Shown: positions 46,522-55,153 of the stretch, piece after piece
How the letters are laid out: every line of letters begins with the position of its first letter
Position numbering within the stretch: position 1 is the stretch's first letter
Virus record (IMG/VR): IMGVR_UViG_3300042309_000903
DNA length: 64,000 nt
Strand: one strand, 5' to 3'
Source of the DNA: an uncultured virus (IMG/VR IMGVR_UViG_3300042309_000903)
Lineage: Duplodnaviria; Heunggongvirae; Uroviricota; Caudoviricetes
The notes under the pieces: generated by a model
The model's input: the letters and a program-made list of their open reading frames with translations, nothing else
The model's database searches: none
Told to the model about the DNA's origin: nothing
Translations under genes and position numbers: made by a program

Positions 46522-47415
46522 TTAGAAAGCGCACGAACAACCGCACCCTGCACCGAAGTCATACAAACAGAAATAGCAATCTGACCCACATCCACCAAAG
46601 GACGGGAAAGATGGCGGGAAGAACGGCGGGAAGAACGGCGGGAAGAATGGGAAGAATGGTGGGAAGAAAGGAGGAAAGAAAGGAAAGAACGGGAAGAACG
46701 GCGGGAAGAATGGCGGAAAGAATGGGAAGAATGGGAAGAACGGTGGGAAAAACGGCGGGAAGAATGGGAAAAACGGAGGAAAGAATGGTGGGAAGAACGG
46801 AGCAGTAGTATTAACGGTGCCTGTCACGGCTGCATCTGAGGTACCTACCGAAGTAATAGCCACAATAGTGTAGGTCTGTGAGCCTGGGGAGGTAGCGGAA
46901 GGGGTGTTATCTGTAGCGTCATAGGATACCGCTGAGCCCGAAATACCAGAGTAAGTCGTTCCGTCAGAACCAGTAATTGTATAAGAGGTAATTGCGCTAC
47001 CGCCGTTGGCTCCAGCAGTCCAACTAATTCTGTTAACGTTTGCAGAAAGTGCAGCGCCAGAAACTGATTGTGGTGCTTGTGGCCTTGTTGTAATAGCAAT
47101 TGCAGAAGAGGCAGTAGAGGCCGCAGAAGTTCCTGCAGCATTTGTAGCCGTTACTGTAAATGTTACAGATGCGCTAACAGGAATGCCAGTAACTGTAATT
47201 GGAGATGATGACCCGCTTGCTGTTTGGCCTGAACTTGCTGTTACTGTAAAAGAGGTGGCTGCAGGAGAAAGTGCTGGTAAAGAAAATGAAACAACCGCTG
47301 CTCCATTGTTATAGGCTCTGCCTGTTCCAACGTTTGAAGCGGATACGCCTGTAGGAGCTAATGGCTCTAAAAAGTCGTTTGAAGCCTGTGACTTTTTTCC
47401 AACTCTTTTACCCAT
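46522..47415 (-). CDS. FN3-domain fibre protein with C-terminal (P/PP)FF repeat and 6-Cys tip
   Basis: Two FN3-like modules, then a 68-aa Pro/Phe repeat, then GGCGSDCYFCLYDFGAGCGCSCAF. Confidence 0.8.
   Translation of the reverse strand: MGKRVGKKSQASNDFLEPLAPTGVSASNVGTGRAYNNGAAVVSFSLPALSPAATSFTVTASSGQTASGSSSPITVTGIPVSASVTFTVTATNAAGTSAASTASSAIAITTRPQAPQSVSGAALSANVNRISWTAGANGGSAITSYTITGSDGTTYSGISGSAVSYDATDNTPSATSPGSQTYTIVAITSVGTSDAAVTGTVNTTAPFFPPFFPPFFPFFPPFFPPFFPFFPFFPPFFPPFFPFFPFFPPFFPPFFPFFPPFFPPFFPPSFPSFGGCGSDCYFCLYDFGAGCGCSCAF
46597..46800 (-). repeat. Coding tandem repeat of PFF / PPFF units (19 units, the last two with Ser)
   Basis: ggaagaa(c/t)gg-type 9/12-nt units with synonymous codon variation. 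Confidence 0.95.
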
Positions 47416-47436
47416 TTTATTTTCCTATATATTTTC

Positions 47437-49569
47437 TTAAGCCGTCAAGTCGCCAAAGACAACCCAGGTATTTTCTGCTCTTTTGAAAAGGGTGCACGAA
47501 GACCATTGGGTTCTCAGTTTTAATCCTGGTGTTGCGTTTACTGTTACTCCAGCAGCTCCAGCAATTGTTACCTGTCCTGTAGAAGTTTGAAGGATATCAA
47601 TTGATGTTCCTACTGGGAAAGCTACTGCTGAGTTTAATGGGATAGTAATTGTTGTAGCACTTGCATTGGCAACTTCAATTAAGTCATCTCTCTCAGTTAG
47701 AGAAGAAAGTGTGTATGAAGCTGTCTTTTGAATAATAGGGGTACGTGATGGAACACCTTCAAGGGCCTGTGTTCCATCTGAAAACACAATTCCTGCGGCA
47801 GGAAGCGTTACAGTTCCTGTAAATGTTGGTGAGGCTAGAGGCGCCTTATCTCCTAGAGCAGCGGTAAGGCCTGAAATCTTAGACTGGGCAATTTCTGCTG
47901 ATGCATTAATATCCCCGTCAACAATTGTTCCATCTGCAATCTTTGCTGATGTAATTGCCCCATCTGCAATAGAGAATGTATTACCAGTTAGTGTAAGTGC
48001 GCTACCTGCTAAGTATGTTCCAGCACCTGAGAACTGAACGAACTCTATAGCATCGGTTCCAATAGTTGCAGGGGTATTAATTTGTACCCACCCACTATTA
48101 GCCTGAGTGGTACCTTGGTCTACGAATACGAAGTCACCAGAATCAACTTCTGCTGCTGTATCAAAATCTGTAGCACGAGTTGGTGCTCCATTTGGCTGAA
48201 CAATGTAAATACCATTTTGAGATGCTGTACTTTGATTCTTTACAAGAATTCTGTCGTTATGTGCAAGAGTTACTCCATCAAGAATATCGCCTGCCTCAAC
48301 TTGACTGCTAAGGTTTACATTTTCAGTTGTTGCTGCTTTTACAGATGGATGAACATGAAGCCCTTCTACTGCAGAATCTACATATGCCTTAGTTGCTGCA
48401 TGAAGAGATTCTGTTGGTGCACCTGATAGTGTAATTGCCCCTGTCATTGTTCCGCCAGCTAAAGCAAGTTTTGCTGCAAGGTCGGTAGTAAGGTCTGCAA
48501 CCTTGGACTGGGCAATCGCGGCTGAGGCGTTAATGTCAGCATTTACAATTGTTCCATCTGCAATCTTTGCAGAAGTTACAGCGCTATCTGCAATTTTTCC
48601 TTCGGTGACTGCTAAATCTGCAATTTTCCCAGTAGTAACTGCAAGTCCACCAATTTCGTTAGTTCCAACTGAGTCATCACCCATCATTGACTGTGAAATT
48701 GTGTTTGCAGGAAGGACAACTGTTCCTGTGAAAGTCGGGCTAGCCAATGGTGCGTAAGTTGTAGCAGCAGTTGCAGAGGCAAGTTTGTTGTCTAAAGCTG
48801 TTTGTGTTGCTGTAGAGATGGGCTTGTTTGCATCTGAGGTGTTATCTACGTTTCCTAGTCCTACATCTGATTTAACTAGTCCAGCGGGGGTAGTAATTGT
48901 TTTATTTGTAAGAGTTTGAGTTCCAGTTGTTGTTACAAGAAGACTGGTATCTACTATCCCGTGTACATCTAAAGTGTCTGTACTGTGTGTACCAAGTGAT
49001 GTAGAGACTGCGTTAGCGGCTGCTGTATCAGCATATGATTTAGTTGCAAGGTCTGCTGTATCTGCAATTCCATGCACAGAAGTTGTGTCTGAGTTATGTG
49101 TTGAAACTGAGGTATCTGCATATGTCTTTGTAGCAAGTGTTGAAGTGTCTTCAATTCCATGCACTGAGGTTGTGTCTGAGTTATGCGTTCCTATTTCAGT
49201 TGTTACGTGCCCTTGTGTAGCTAGTGTTCCTGTTGCATCTGGAAGAGTCAGTGTTCTATCTGCTGTAGGGTCTGCTACTACAAGAGTAGTTTCAAAATCA
49301 TTTGCGGTTGCGCCTTCAAATATAAGGTTGACACCAGTACCCAAAGACACTGTGCCAGTAAAACTAGGGTTAGCAATCGTAGCGTAGAGGCTTGCTGCAG
49401 CTGTTGGAGTTAGGGTGATATAAGGTAGAGAAGCCCAAGCTGTAAGACTGTCTCCAACTTTAAGCTTCTTACTGTCAGTTTCTACACCAACTTCACCTTC
49501 AAGAAGAATTGGGTTTGAAGCAGTCCACTCAGCCGCAGTTCCTCTGCGTAGTAGGATATTAACTGCCAT
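47437..49569 (-). CDS. Long fibre protein (neck/whisker or tail) with internal repeats
   Basis: N-terminal RRGTAAEW...GEVGVETD..KLKVGDS..W..LPY (Mtd/hyaluronidase-N-like); KIAD repeats; C-terminal GDL domain. Confidence 0.8.
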   Translation of the reverse strand: MAVNILLRRGTAAEWTASNPILLEGEVGVETDSKKLKVGDSLTAWASLPYITLTPTAAASLYATIANPSFTGTVSLGTGVNLIFEGATANDFETTLVVADPTADRTLTLPDATGTLATQGHVTTEIGTHNSDTTSVHGIEDTSTLATKTYADTSVSTHNSDTTSVHGIADTADLATKSYADTAAANAVSTSLGTHSTDTLDVHGIVDTSLLVTTTGTQTLTNKTITTPAGLVKSDVGLGNVDNTSDANKPISTATQTALDNKLASATAATTYAPLASPTFTGTVVLPANTISQSMMGDDSVGTNEIGGLAVTTGKIADLAVTEGKIADSAVTSAKIADGTIVNADINASAAIAQSKVADLTTDLAAKLALAGGTMTGAITLSGAPTESLHAATKAYVDSAVEGLHVHPSVKAATTENVNLSSQVEAGDILDGVTLAHNDRILVKNQSTASQNGIYIVQPNGAPTRATDFDTAAEVDSGDFVFVDQGTTQANSGWVQINTPATIGTDAIEFVQFSGAGTYLAGSALTLTGNTFSIADGAITSAKIADGTIVDGDINASAEIAQSKISGLTAALGDKAPLASPTFTGTVTLPAAGIVFSDGTQALEGVPSRTPIIQKTASYTLSSLTERDDLIEVANASATTITIPLNSAVAFPVGTSIDILQTSTGQVTIAGAAGVTVNATPGLKLRTQWSSCTLFKRAENTWVVFGDLTA
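48945..49190 (-). repeat. Three imperfect H.SDTTSVHGI.DT..L repeats in the fibre
   Basis: HNSDTTSVHGIEDT / HNSDTTSVHGIADT / HSTDTLDVHGIVDT. Confidence 0.8.
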
Positions 49570-49853
49570 TATGAAACCCCTCCGTCATAAGAACCTGTGT
49601 ACTCCCCTGTAAATGTAGAATCTGGAGACCCACCAAATACATTCGGCGTTCCTCCGTAGAACGACGCTGGTCTTCCACCATCTACTTGAAGCTGAGATGA
49701 CCCACCAGTACCGACAATATCAATCCAAAGTGTACCATCATAGATTCTTAGTTTTAATGTGGTTGTATCAAAGTATAGGTCACCCGCTCGTTGGCCAACA
49801 GGCTCGCTGCCTTTAGCCAGTACGTTTAGAGGTACTAATGCCTTTGTACTCAT
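49569..49853 (-). CDS. Small fibre-associated structural protein
   Basis: GDLYFDTT..KLRIYDG..W; terminal DGG motifs. Confidence 0.7.
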   Translation of the reverse strand: MSTKALVPLNVLAKGSEPVGQRAGDLYFDTTTLKLRIYDGTLWIDIVGTGGSSQLQVDGGRPASFYGGTPNVFGGSPDSTFTGEYTGSYDGGVS

Positions 49854-49858
49854 TTATA

Positions 49859-51223
49859 TTACCCGATTACAACTACTCTGTAGGCGTTAGATGTTGGTGC
49901 AGATGCAAAGCCAAGTGTTACAGTGGATGTTGTTGCTCGCACGTTATCTACAATAACTTCTTCTCCAGTAGCCACTTCATAAACTTGAACGTGAACATCT
50001 AGTGTTCCTAGGTTGTGAGTGACTGTGTATGAAGTAGCTGAAGTTGAAAGTGTGGTTGAGTACTTTCGGGCTACTACGGTTGCATCAACAGAGATGGTGT
50101 TGGTTCCAACGACGATACCGTTACCAGCACCAATTGCAAAACCGTTAGCGTCTGTAGCAGCACCTGAGTTGGCAGCAAGCTTGATAGAACCGCCACCAGC
50201 AGCTGTTTGAAGACCACCTGTAGAAAGTGGGGCAAACGTGAAGTTAGTTCCTGTAAGAAGAACGCCGTTAGAGGCTGTGTAAGTTCCAGCTCCTGAGAAC
50301 TGTGCAAAAGTAAGAGCAGTAGTTCCTAGCGTAATAGCGTCGTCAGTAGTTAATACCCATCCGCTATTTCCGTTTACTGTACCTTCGCTAACAAAAGCGA
50401 ACATTCCAGCAGTTACGTCTGCGCTTACGTTGGCGTCTAGCGCACGGTCTGGAGCTCCAGAGGCTTTAACTACATAGATACCGTTTTCAGAGCCAGTAGA
50501 CTGGTTCTTAACAAGAATTCGGTCACCAGTAGCAAGAGTTACCCCATCAAGAGTATCTCCATTTTCAAGGTCTGTAGATAAAGTTACTGCTGCAGTTGTA
50601 GCTGCACGAACAGAGGCCTTAACATCAAGGCCCTGGGCAACAGAATCAACGTAGTTCTTAGTTGCAGCATCTTGTGCGCTTACTGGGTCTGCTACGTTGG
50701 TGATTAGCTGGCTGTTCATTGAGAACGAGCTGGTTGGAGCTGTTAAATCTGTAACCTTGTTGGTTGTAAGGATTACTGTTCCGCTAGCGTCAGGAAGAGT
50801 GATTGTGCGGTCAGCGGTTGGGTCAGTTGCAGTAAGTGTGGTTTCGTTACCGTCTGCTGTAGAACCTTCAAATACAATTGAAGAGTCTAGAGAGACAACA
50901 CCTGTGAAGACAGGGTTAGCAAGAGGAGCCTTTAGGTCAAGTTGACCTTGAATACCTGAGGTAACACCATCTACATAGTTAAGCTCTGTAGTGGTAAGGG
51001 TTGCGCCATCAAGGATGTTGATTTCTGCAGCATCTGCGGTTACGCCGTTAAGTCCAACAGCTTCCCAGATAGTGCCGTTATAAACACGCATTTCATTAGA
51101 AGCGGTGTTGTAGTAAACCTGGCCTGTTACAGGACTTGCTGGGTCTGTTGCTAGATTTTGAATACGAGCATTTTGAAGCTCGTTCTTCGTCAAATCAAGT
51201 GACGTTAAAAATTTACGTGCCAT
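49859..51223 (-). CDS. Fibre/structural protein sharing domains with 47437..49569
   Basis: NELQNARIQNL, GQVYYNT, DPTADRTITLPDA, DAATKNYVD, HNLGT.DV. Confidence 0.8.
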   Translation of the reverse strand: MARKFLTSLDLTKNELQNARIQNLATDPASPVTGQVYYNTASNEMRVYNGTIWEAVGLNGVTADAAEINILDGATLTTTELNYVDGVTSGIQGQLDLKAPLANPVFTGVVSLDSSIVFEGSTADGNETTLTATDPTADRTITLPDASGTVILTTNKVTDLTAPTSSFSMNSQLITNVADPVSAQDAATKNYVDSVAQGLDVKASVRAATTAAVTLSTDLENGDTLDGVTLATGDRILVKNQSTGSENGIYVVKASGAPDRALDANVSADVTAGMFAFVSEGTVNGNSGWVLTTDDAITLGTTALTFAQFSGAGTYTASNGVLLTGTNFTFAPLSTGGLQTAAGGGSIKLAANSGAATDANGFAIGAGNGIVVGTNTISVDATVVARKYSTTLSTSATSYTVTHNLGTLDVHVQVYEVATGEEVIVDNVRATTSTVTLGFASAPTSNAYRVVVIG

Positions 51224-51236
51224 TTATCTTTTCTCC

Positions 51237-51539
51237 TTAGGAAAGGTACGCTCTGCCGCTGAATGCCCCGGTGAAAGTTATCGTAAGGGACATGGTGCTC
51301 GTGTAGGCTATTTCACCTTCAACGATTGACCCGCCCGAGTCCTGAACAGTTACGTTTGGATACCAACCAAGGTTGTGAGTTATAACCCACACAGCCGAAG
51401 ATGTTCCCTGAGTATGATGATACGCCACCGAGGGTTGATTTATGCCCCCAACTGTAATTTGGTTTAAGGTGACCGCAGGCGATGCTGGTGGGGTTACCTG
51501 CACAACTACTTGGCCGTTTACTGGGATAAGTCCGCTCAT
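51237..51539 (-). CDS. Small structural protein
   Basis: Y.H.Q..SS..W.ITHNLG..P.VTV.D...FSGRAYL. Confidence 0.7.
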   Translation of the reverse strand: MSGLIPVNGQVVVQVTPPASPAVTLNQITVGGINQPSVAYHHTQGTSSAVWVITHNLGWYPNVTVQDSGGSIVEGEIAYTSTMSLTITFTGAFSGRAYLS

Positions 51540-51540
51540 A

Positions 51541-52599
51541 TTAATCCAATGTCACTTGTTGGGTTACAAATACTTGCCCGCGAATATAGGTCTGTTCGAA
51601 GGTTGCATCTGTTGTACTTGTGGCCTGAAGGTCCCAGAAGGCTCGTGCTGGTAAATACTTAGTAGCCGACGGAGGCATCGTCAAACGAATACGGCCGTTA
51701 GCCGCGTCAACTTTATCAATCGTAAATGTGGCGTAAAGTGCAGGGGCGTTTGGATAAGTTCTAACTTGAGCTTTAAAAGTAAGCGCTGTGACATCAAAGG
51801 GGAAGTCAAATTCGCCAGACCATGAGTCGCCCTGATAAAGCGCAATATCGTAAACACCCGCGTAAGTAGGCATTGGCTTACGTCCCTTGAGGTCGTTCTG
51901 AATAAAGACGCGCTCTGGTCTACGGGAGTCATCAATCTCTTGAGCCAAGTACATAGGTACGAGCTTGTTAGTAAGGCGAGAAACACGGCGAAGTGTTCCC
52001 ATCTCAATACGCCAAATTCCAATGTTAAGCGCAGAGGAAAGCTGCTTGTACTGGTCAGTTCTAGATTGAATCATCTGAGTAAGCTGTCGGTATCTATCGG
52101 AGCGAGGAATCATAACCCCGTCTGGTGAAGATATATTAATATCAAATGCAGAGTCTGTAGCAAGCGCCCATAGAGCTTCAATTGTTGACAGAATTGCAAG
52201 TGGGTACTCTTCAACTGGCGGAAGCATGGCAATCGTCATCTGGCTTCCGTAGCCGTCTGTTCTTTCAAAGGTATGCTGTTCAACCGCAGTATTAACGAAC
52301 CGTGTGATATCTGAGTCTGTAAAGTATCGGTAATGGGTTCCAACTACCGAGATTGCAGCGTTAAGGGCTGGGGCAGTTACAAAAGTAATAATGCCTAAAT
52401 CTTGCTGAACTGTGTACCCGGCAGGGGTAGCTACTGGGCTACCAGCTACTGTAACTAAAAGAGTTGTGTTTTCAACAGGCTTCTTTTTTAAGTCAAAAAC
52501 TTTAGTAGTTCCGTCGCCTGTTGCGGTGTAGGTAAACTGAGTTGGCAGGTCGCCTAGCTCAAGCCTTACTCTAGACACTAGGTCTGCTAATACAGCCAC
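51541..52599 (-). CDS. Head-tail adaptor (neck) protein with BppU-like C-terminal domain
   Basis: VRLELGD N-terminus; YQGD.W...F...AQVR...G.I.L...WDLQ. Confidence 0.65.
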   Translation of the reverse strand: MAVLADLVSRVRLELGDLPTQFTYTATGDGTTKVFDLKKKPVENTTLLVTVAGSPVATPAGYTVQQDLGIITFVTAPALNAAISVVGTHYRYFTDSDITRFVNTAVEQHTFERTDGYGSQMTIAMLPPVEEYPLAILSTIEALWALATDSAFDINISSPDGVMIPRSDRYRQLTQMIQSRTDQYKQLSSALNIGIWRIEMGTLRRVSRLTNKLVPMYLAQEIDDSRRPERVFIQNDLKGRKPMPTYAGVYDIALYQGDSWSGEFDFPFDVTALTFKAQVRTYPNAPALYATFTIDKVDAANGRIRLTMPPSATKYLPARAFWDLQATSTTDATFEQTYIRGQVFVTQQVTLD

Positions 52600-52657
52600 T
52601 AACCACTCCTAACGTAACTAATCTAATGGTAGCGGTTACGGCCAAAAAAACTTGATA

Positions 52658-52692
52658 AACGAAACAGCGGGGGGAAGACCGCTGCTTCGTTA
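52658..52692 (-). terminator. Hairpin/terminator with pyrimidine-rich loop
   Basis: aacgaagcagcgg-tcttcccc-ccgctgtttcgtt on the minus strand. Confidence 0.6.
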
Positions 52693-52697
52693 ACCAA

Positions 52698-53063
52698 TTA
52701 AATATTGGCTGCTAAGTAGCCTTTTTCTTTTAAATGTTCAGCTACTGAACGTGTAACTTCGTACTTCTGACCTGGCTTAAAGCTAAAGTTGTTTCCAGCT
52801 CCAAGAGTCATGTTTTCAATGTTTTCTACAACACGGATAATTACTGTGTCGTCTTGCTTACCTACCCGGTCTACTGTGTCAACGATAACTGTTTGACGGT
52901 CAGGCTTGGTAGCGTCAATAACTTGTGTTTCTGCTTGAATAGCAGCAGTTGCTGTTGCTAGTGACATTTCTTCGGCTCTCTTAGCTGTTTCATCTGAGAA
53001 CTGGTCTGCTAGCTCATCACGGCTACGGCCTGTGACGTCTGTTGGTGATTTCTTTGTTGCCAT
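52698..53063 (-). CDS. Hypothetical virion protein downstream of the capsid gene
   Basis: Start MATKKSPT with GGAGG SD; G.KY.V...VA.HL..KGY. Confidence 0.7.
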   Translation of the reverse strand: MATKKSPTDVTGRSRDELADQFSDETAKRAEEMSLATATAAIQAETQVIDATKPDRQTVIVDTVDRVGKQDDTVIIRVVENIENMTLGAGNNFSFKPGQKYEVTRSVAEHLKEKGYLAANI

Positions 53064-53094
53064 TTGTATCCTCCGGTTTAGTAAATGAGTTTGT

Positions 53095-53130
53095 GTTGGA
53101 GCGGGGAGTTTTAAGGCTCCCCGCCCAACC
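53095..53130 (-). terminator. Hairpin after the major capsid gene
   Basis: gcggggag-ttttaagg-ctccccgc core stem with gttgg/ccaac extension. Confidence 0.65.
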
Positions 53131-53150
53131 TTCAAGATATTAAGTTGTGA

Positions 53151-54221
53151 TTAGTTGGTTTCTGCAATAACTACAGCCTGGTCAGTGATTAGACCAAGTC
53201 CGAAGATTGAGTACCAAGCAAGTGCATGCTCACGACCGAAGTCAAGAATACCGCCATCGCGGAGTTCGACTGGAAGAGAGATTGCGTGACCGAATGCGTT
53301 ATCTCCAATGAAGATAGATGCATAGCGGTCTGAACCACCGTTACCTGTCTTTGTAGCAGGTGTGATGTATCCACCACCAGCAGCAACTGTTGGGTTAGCA
53401 ACTGTTGTGTCTGTTGTGTAAGAAGTACCAGCACCACCAGCGACCTTTAGGACCTGTGTGGTTTCGATGAATACGCAGTCGTACAAACGACCGATTTCAC
53501 CGAGCATGAAGTTACCAGGTGCTGCGTACTTGGTTACTTCGATGAACTCTGGATTGTCGCGTAGCTTACGTGACTGGTGTGGGTGAACGAATGCAACATA
53601 TGTCTCACCAAGGCGAGGAATATTCTTTGTTGCAAGGCTCTCTACTGCGTCCTTCACAGTGTGAGGTGTCATGAAGTATGAACCTGTCATTGCAGCACGG
53701 TTTGCTGCGGTTGTTCCGTCTGCGTACCAGCTGTTAACAGCTGTTAGTGCTGAGCGGTCTTCACCGTAGATTACTGATGTTGCTGCATAGAGTGTGTCGC
53801 GTGACAACTGGTCAAGATAGATTGCCATGTTACGACCAAGAAGGCGTGAGGCTGAAGCCATTACGTCATCGAATGAAGCATTGAGCAATAGCTCAGATAC
53901 AGCAAGAGCATAACCATGCTCAGTTACTGTGATTGAGAACTGCTGTGCTGTAAGTGCGTTTGTCTGCATACGTACACCTTCGACAAGTGCTGAAGCAAAG
54001 CCGAGGTTGTTGTAACGCATGAAGTTGATTTGAAGACCTGGTGCAACACCAAGTTCTGTCTTCTTTACTGCAAACTGCTCAAAGCGCAAGATTGGCATGG
54101 CCTGGAAAAGAATTTCCTTTGACCAAATAGTCTGAATTGCTTGAGTCAGCTGTGTATTAGTACCTGAATAGGCGGTTGGGGACGCAGCGAGATTGCCGGT
54201 ACCCGTAATACCAGATGCCAT
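53151..54221 (-). CDS. Major capsid protein (N4 gp56-like HK97 fold)
   Basis: LRFEQFA..KTEL, EHG, FVHPHQ..LR..P.F, GEIGR, DFGR...LAWY. Confidence 0.9.
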   Translation of the reverse strand: MASGITGTGNLAASPTAYSGTNTQLTQAIQTIWSKEILFQAMPILRFEQFAVKKTELGVAPGLQINFMRYNNLGFASALVEGVRMQTNALTAQQFSITVTEHGYALAVSELLLNASFDDVMASASRLLGRNMAIYLDQLSRDTLYAATSVIYGEDRSALTAVNSWYADGTTAANRAAMTGSYFMTPHTVKDAVESLATKNIPRLGETYVAFVHPHQSRKLRDNPEFIEVTKYAAPGNFMLGEIGRLYDCVFIETTQVLKVAGGAGTSYTTDTTVANPTVAAGGGYITPATKTGNGGSDRYASIFIGDNAFGHAISLPVELRDGGILDFGREHALAWYSIFGLGLITDQAVVIAETN

Positions 54222-54255
54222 TTATTTAACTCCTTAGTTGGATTTGGATTTGGGG

Positions 54256-55047
54256 TTACCCGAACAGTCCCTTTGTCTTCCCTTGTGCACTTGGGCTCAA
54301 GAGTCGACCACGATATTTAGCGTATTCATCCATTGACATTGACGCAATATCTTGCGCCGTTAAGTTTTTTTGCTCCGAATTGGTGTCCAAAGGTCCGGCT
54401 CCAGGAGGCAAGGTTGCCCTTGTTCCTGTCATTTCCCGGCGTGCATTCTGCATTGCAGACTGCGCCGACTCGAGAATTCTAGTTGAGCGCTCTTTCAAGC
54501 TCTCTATGCTTGCATCAACTTCTTCAATAGTGTTTCCACTAATCAAGTCAACAAGCTCTGGCATGATGTTGTCACGCTCAGCTTCGAGCTTCTGTGCTCG
54601 GTAGTTCTGAAGTTCTGCGTATGTGCGTTCACGTTCTAGAAGTGCAAAAGCAGTTTCGCGTTCTTGACGCTCATGCTCTAGCTGTTCTTGCCATTCTTTT
54701 TCTTTCTTAGCTAGTAGGTCACGAACTTCTAGTTCGGACTCTTCCTTAGCTTTTTGCTCCTGAGCAATACGAGCTTGACGCTCTGCTTCTTCATTTGCAA
54801 TTCGATTGGCTTCTTCTTCTCGACTGCGCTTCAATACATCAACTTCTTCCTTAAGCTTTTCAATCTGAGGATAAAGTTTTTCTTTTTCCTGAGAGCGAAC
54901 CTTAGCAAGGTCGTCTTCTGTATAAAATTTTGTAGTTTGCGTGTTAACAACTGATGCGTCAGCATCAGAGATATTCATAACTGGGGTTACTCCTGCTTCG
55001 GCCGCGAAAGCCTCTGCGTTTACTTCTGCAGTATCCATTCCATACAT
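54256..55047 (-). CDS. Capsid scaffolding protein
   Basis: Coiled coil, E/K/R-rich; MSMDEYAKYR C-terminus; lies between portal and capsid. Confidence 0.8.
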   Translation of the reverse strand: MYGMDTAEVNAEAFAAEAGVTPVMNISDADASVVNTQTTKFYTEDDLAKVRSQEKEKLYPQIEKLKEEVDVLKRSREEEANRIANEEAERQARIAQEQKAKEESELEVRDLLAKKEKEWQEQLEHERQERETAFALLERERTYAELQNYRAQKLEAERDNIMPELVDLISGNTIEEVDASIESLKERSTRILESAQSAMQNARREMTGTRATLPPGAGPLDTNSEQKNLTAQDIASMSMDEYAKYRGRLLSPSAQGKTKGLFG

Positions 55048-55153
55048 CCTTTTATCCTAGGGGTCGTTGTCCGATTTAAATCACATATGACCAAACGTTG
55101 TCTTTCAGTAAACAATTTTTGCTTGTTTAGCCAGACTTGTCAGCCTAAACTGT

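Noticed and set aside
46597..46800. Possible CRISPR array or DGR variable region
   Set aside because: Units are 9-12 nt with no spacers and stay in frame. No reverse transcriptase or adenine-mismatched TR/VR pair was seen in the window.
46611..46808. Plus-strand ORF MAGRTAGRTAGRMGRM...
   Set aside because: Antisense shadow of the PFF/PPFF repeat; no SD and opposite to the operon.
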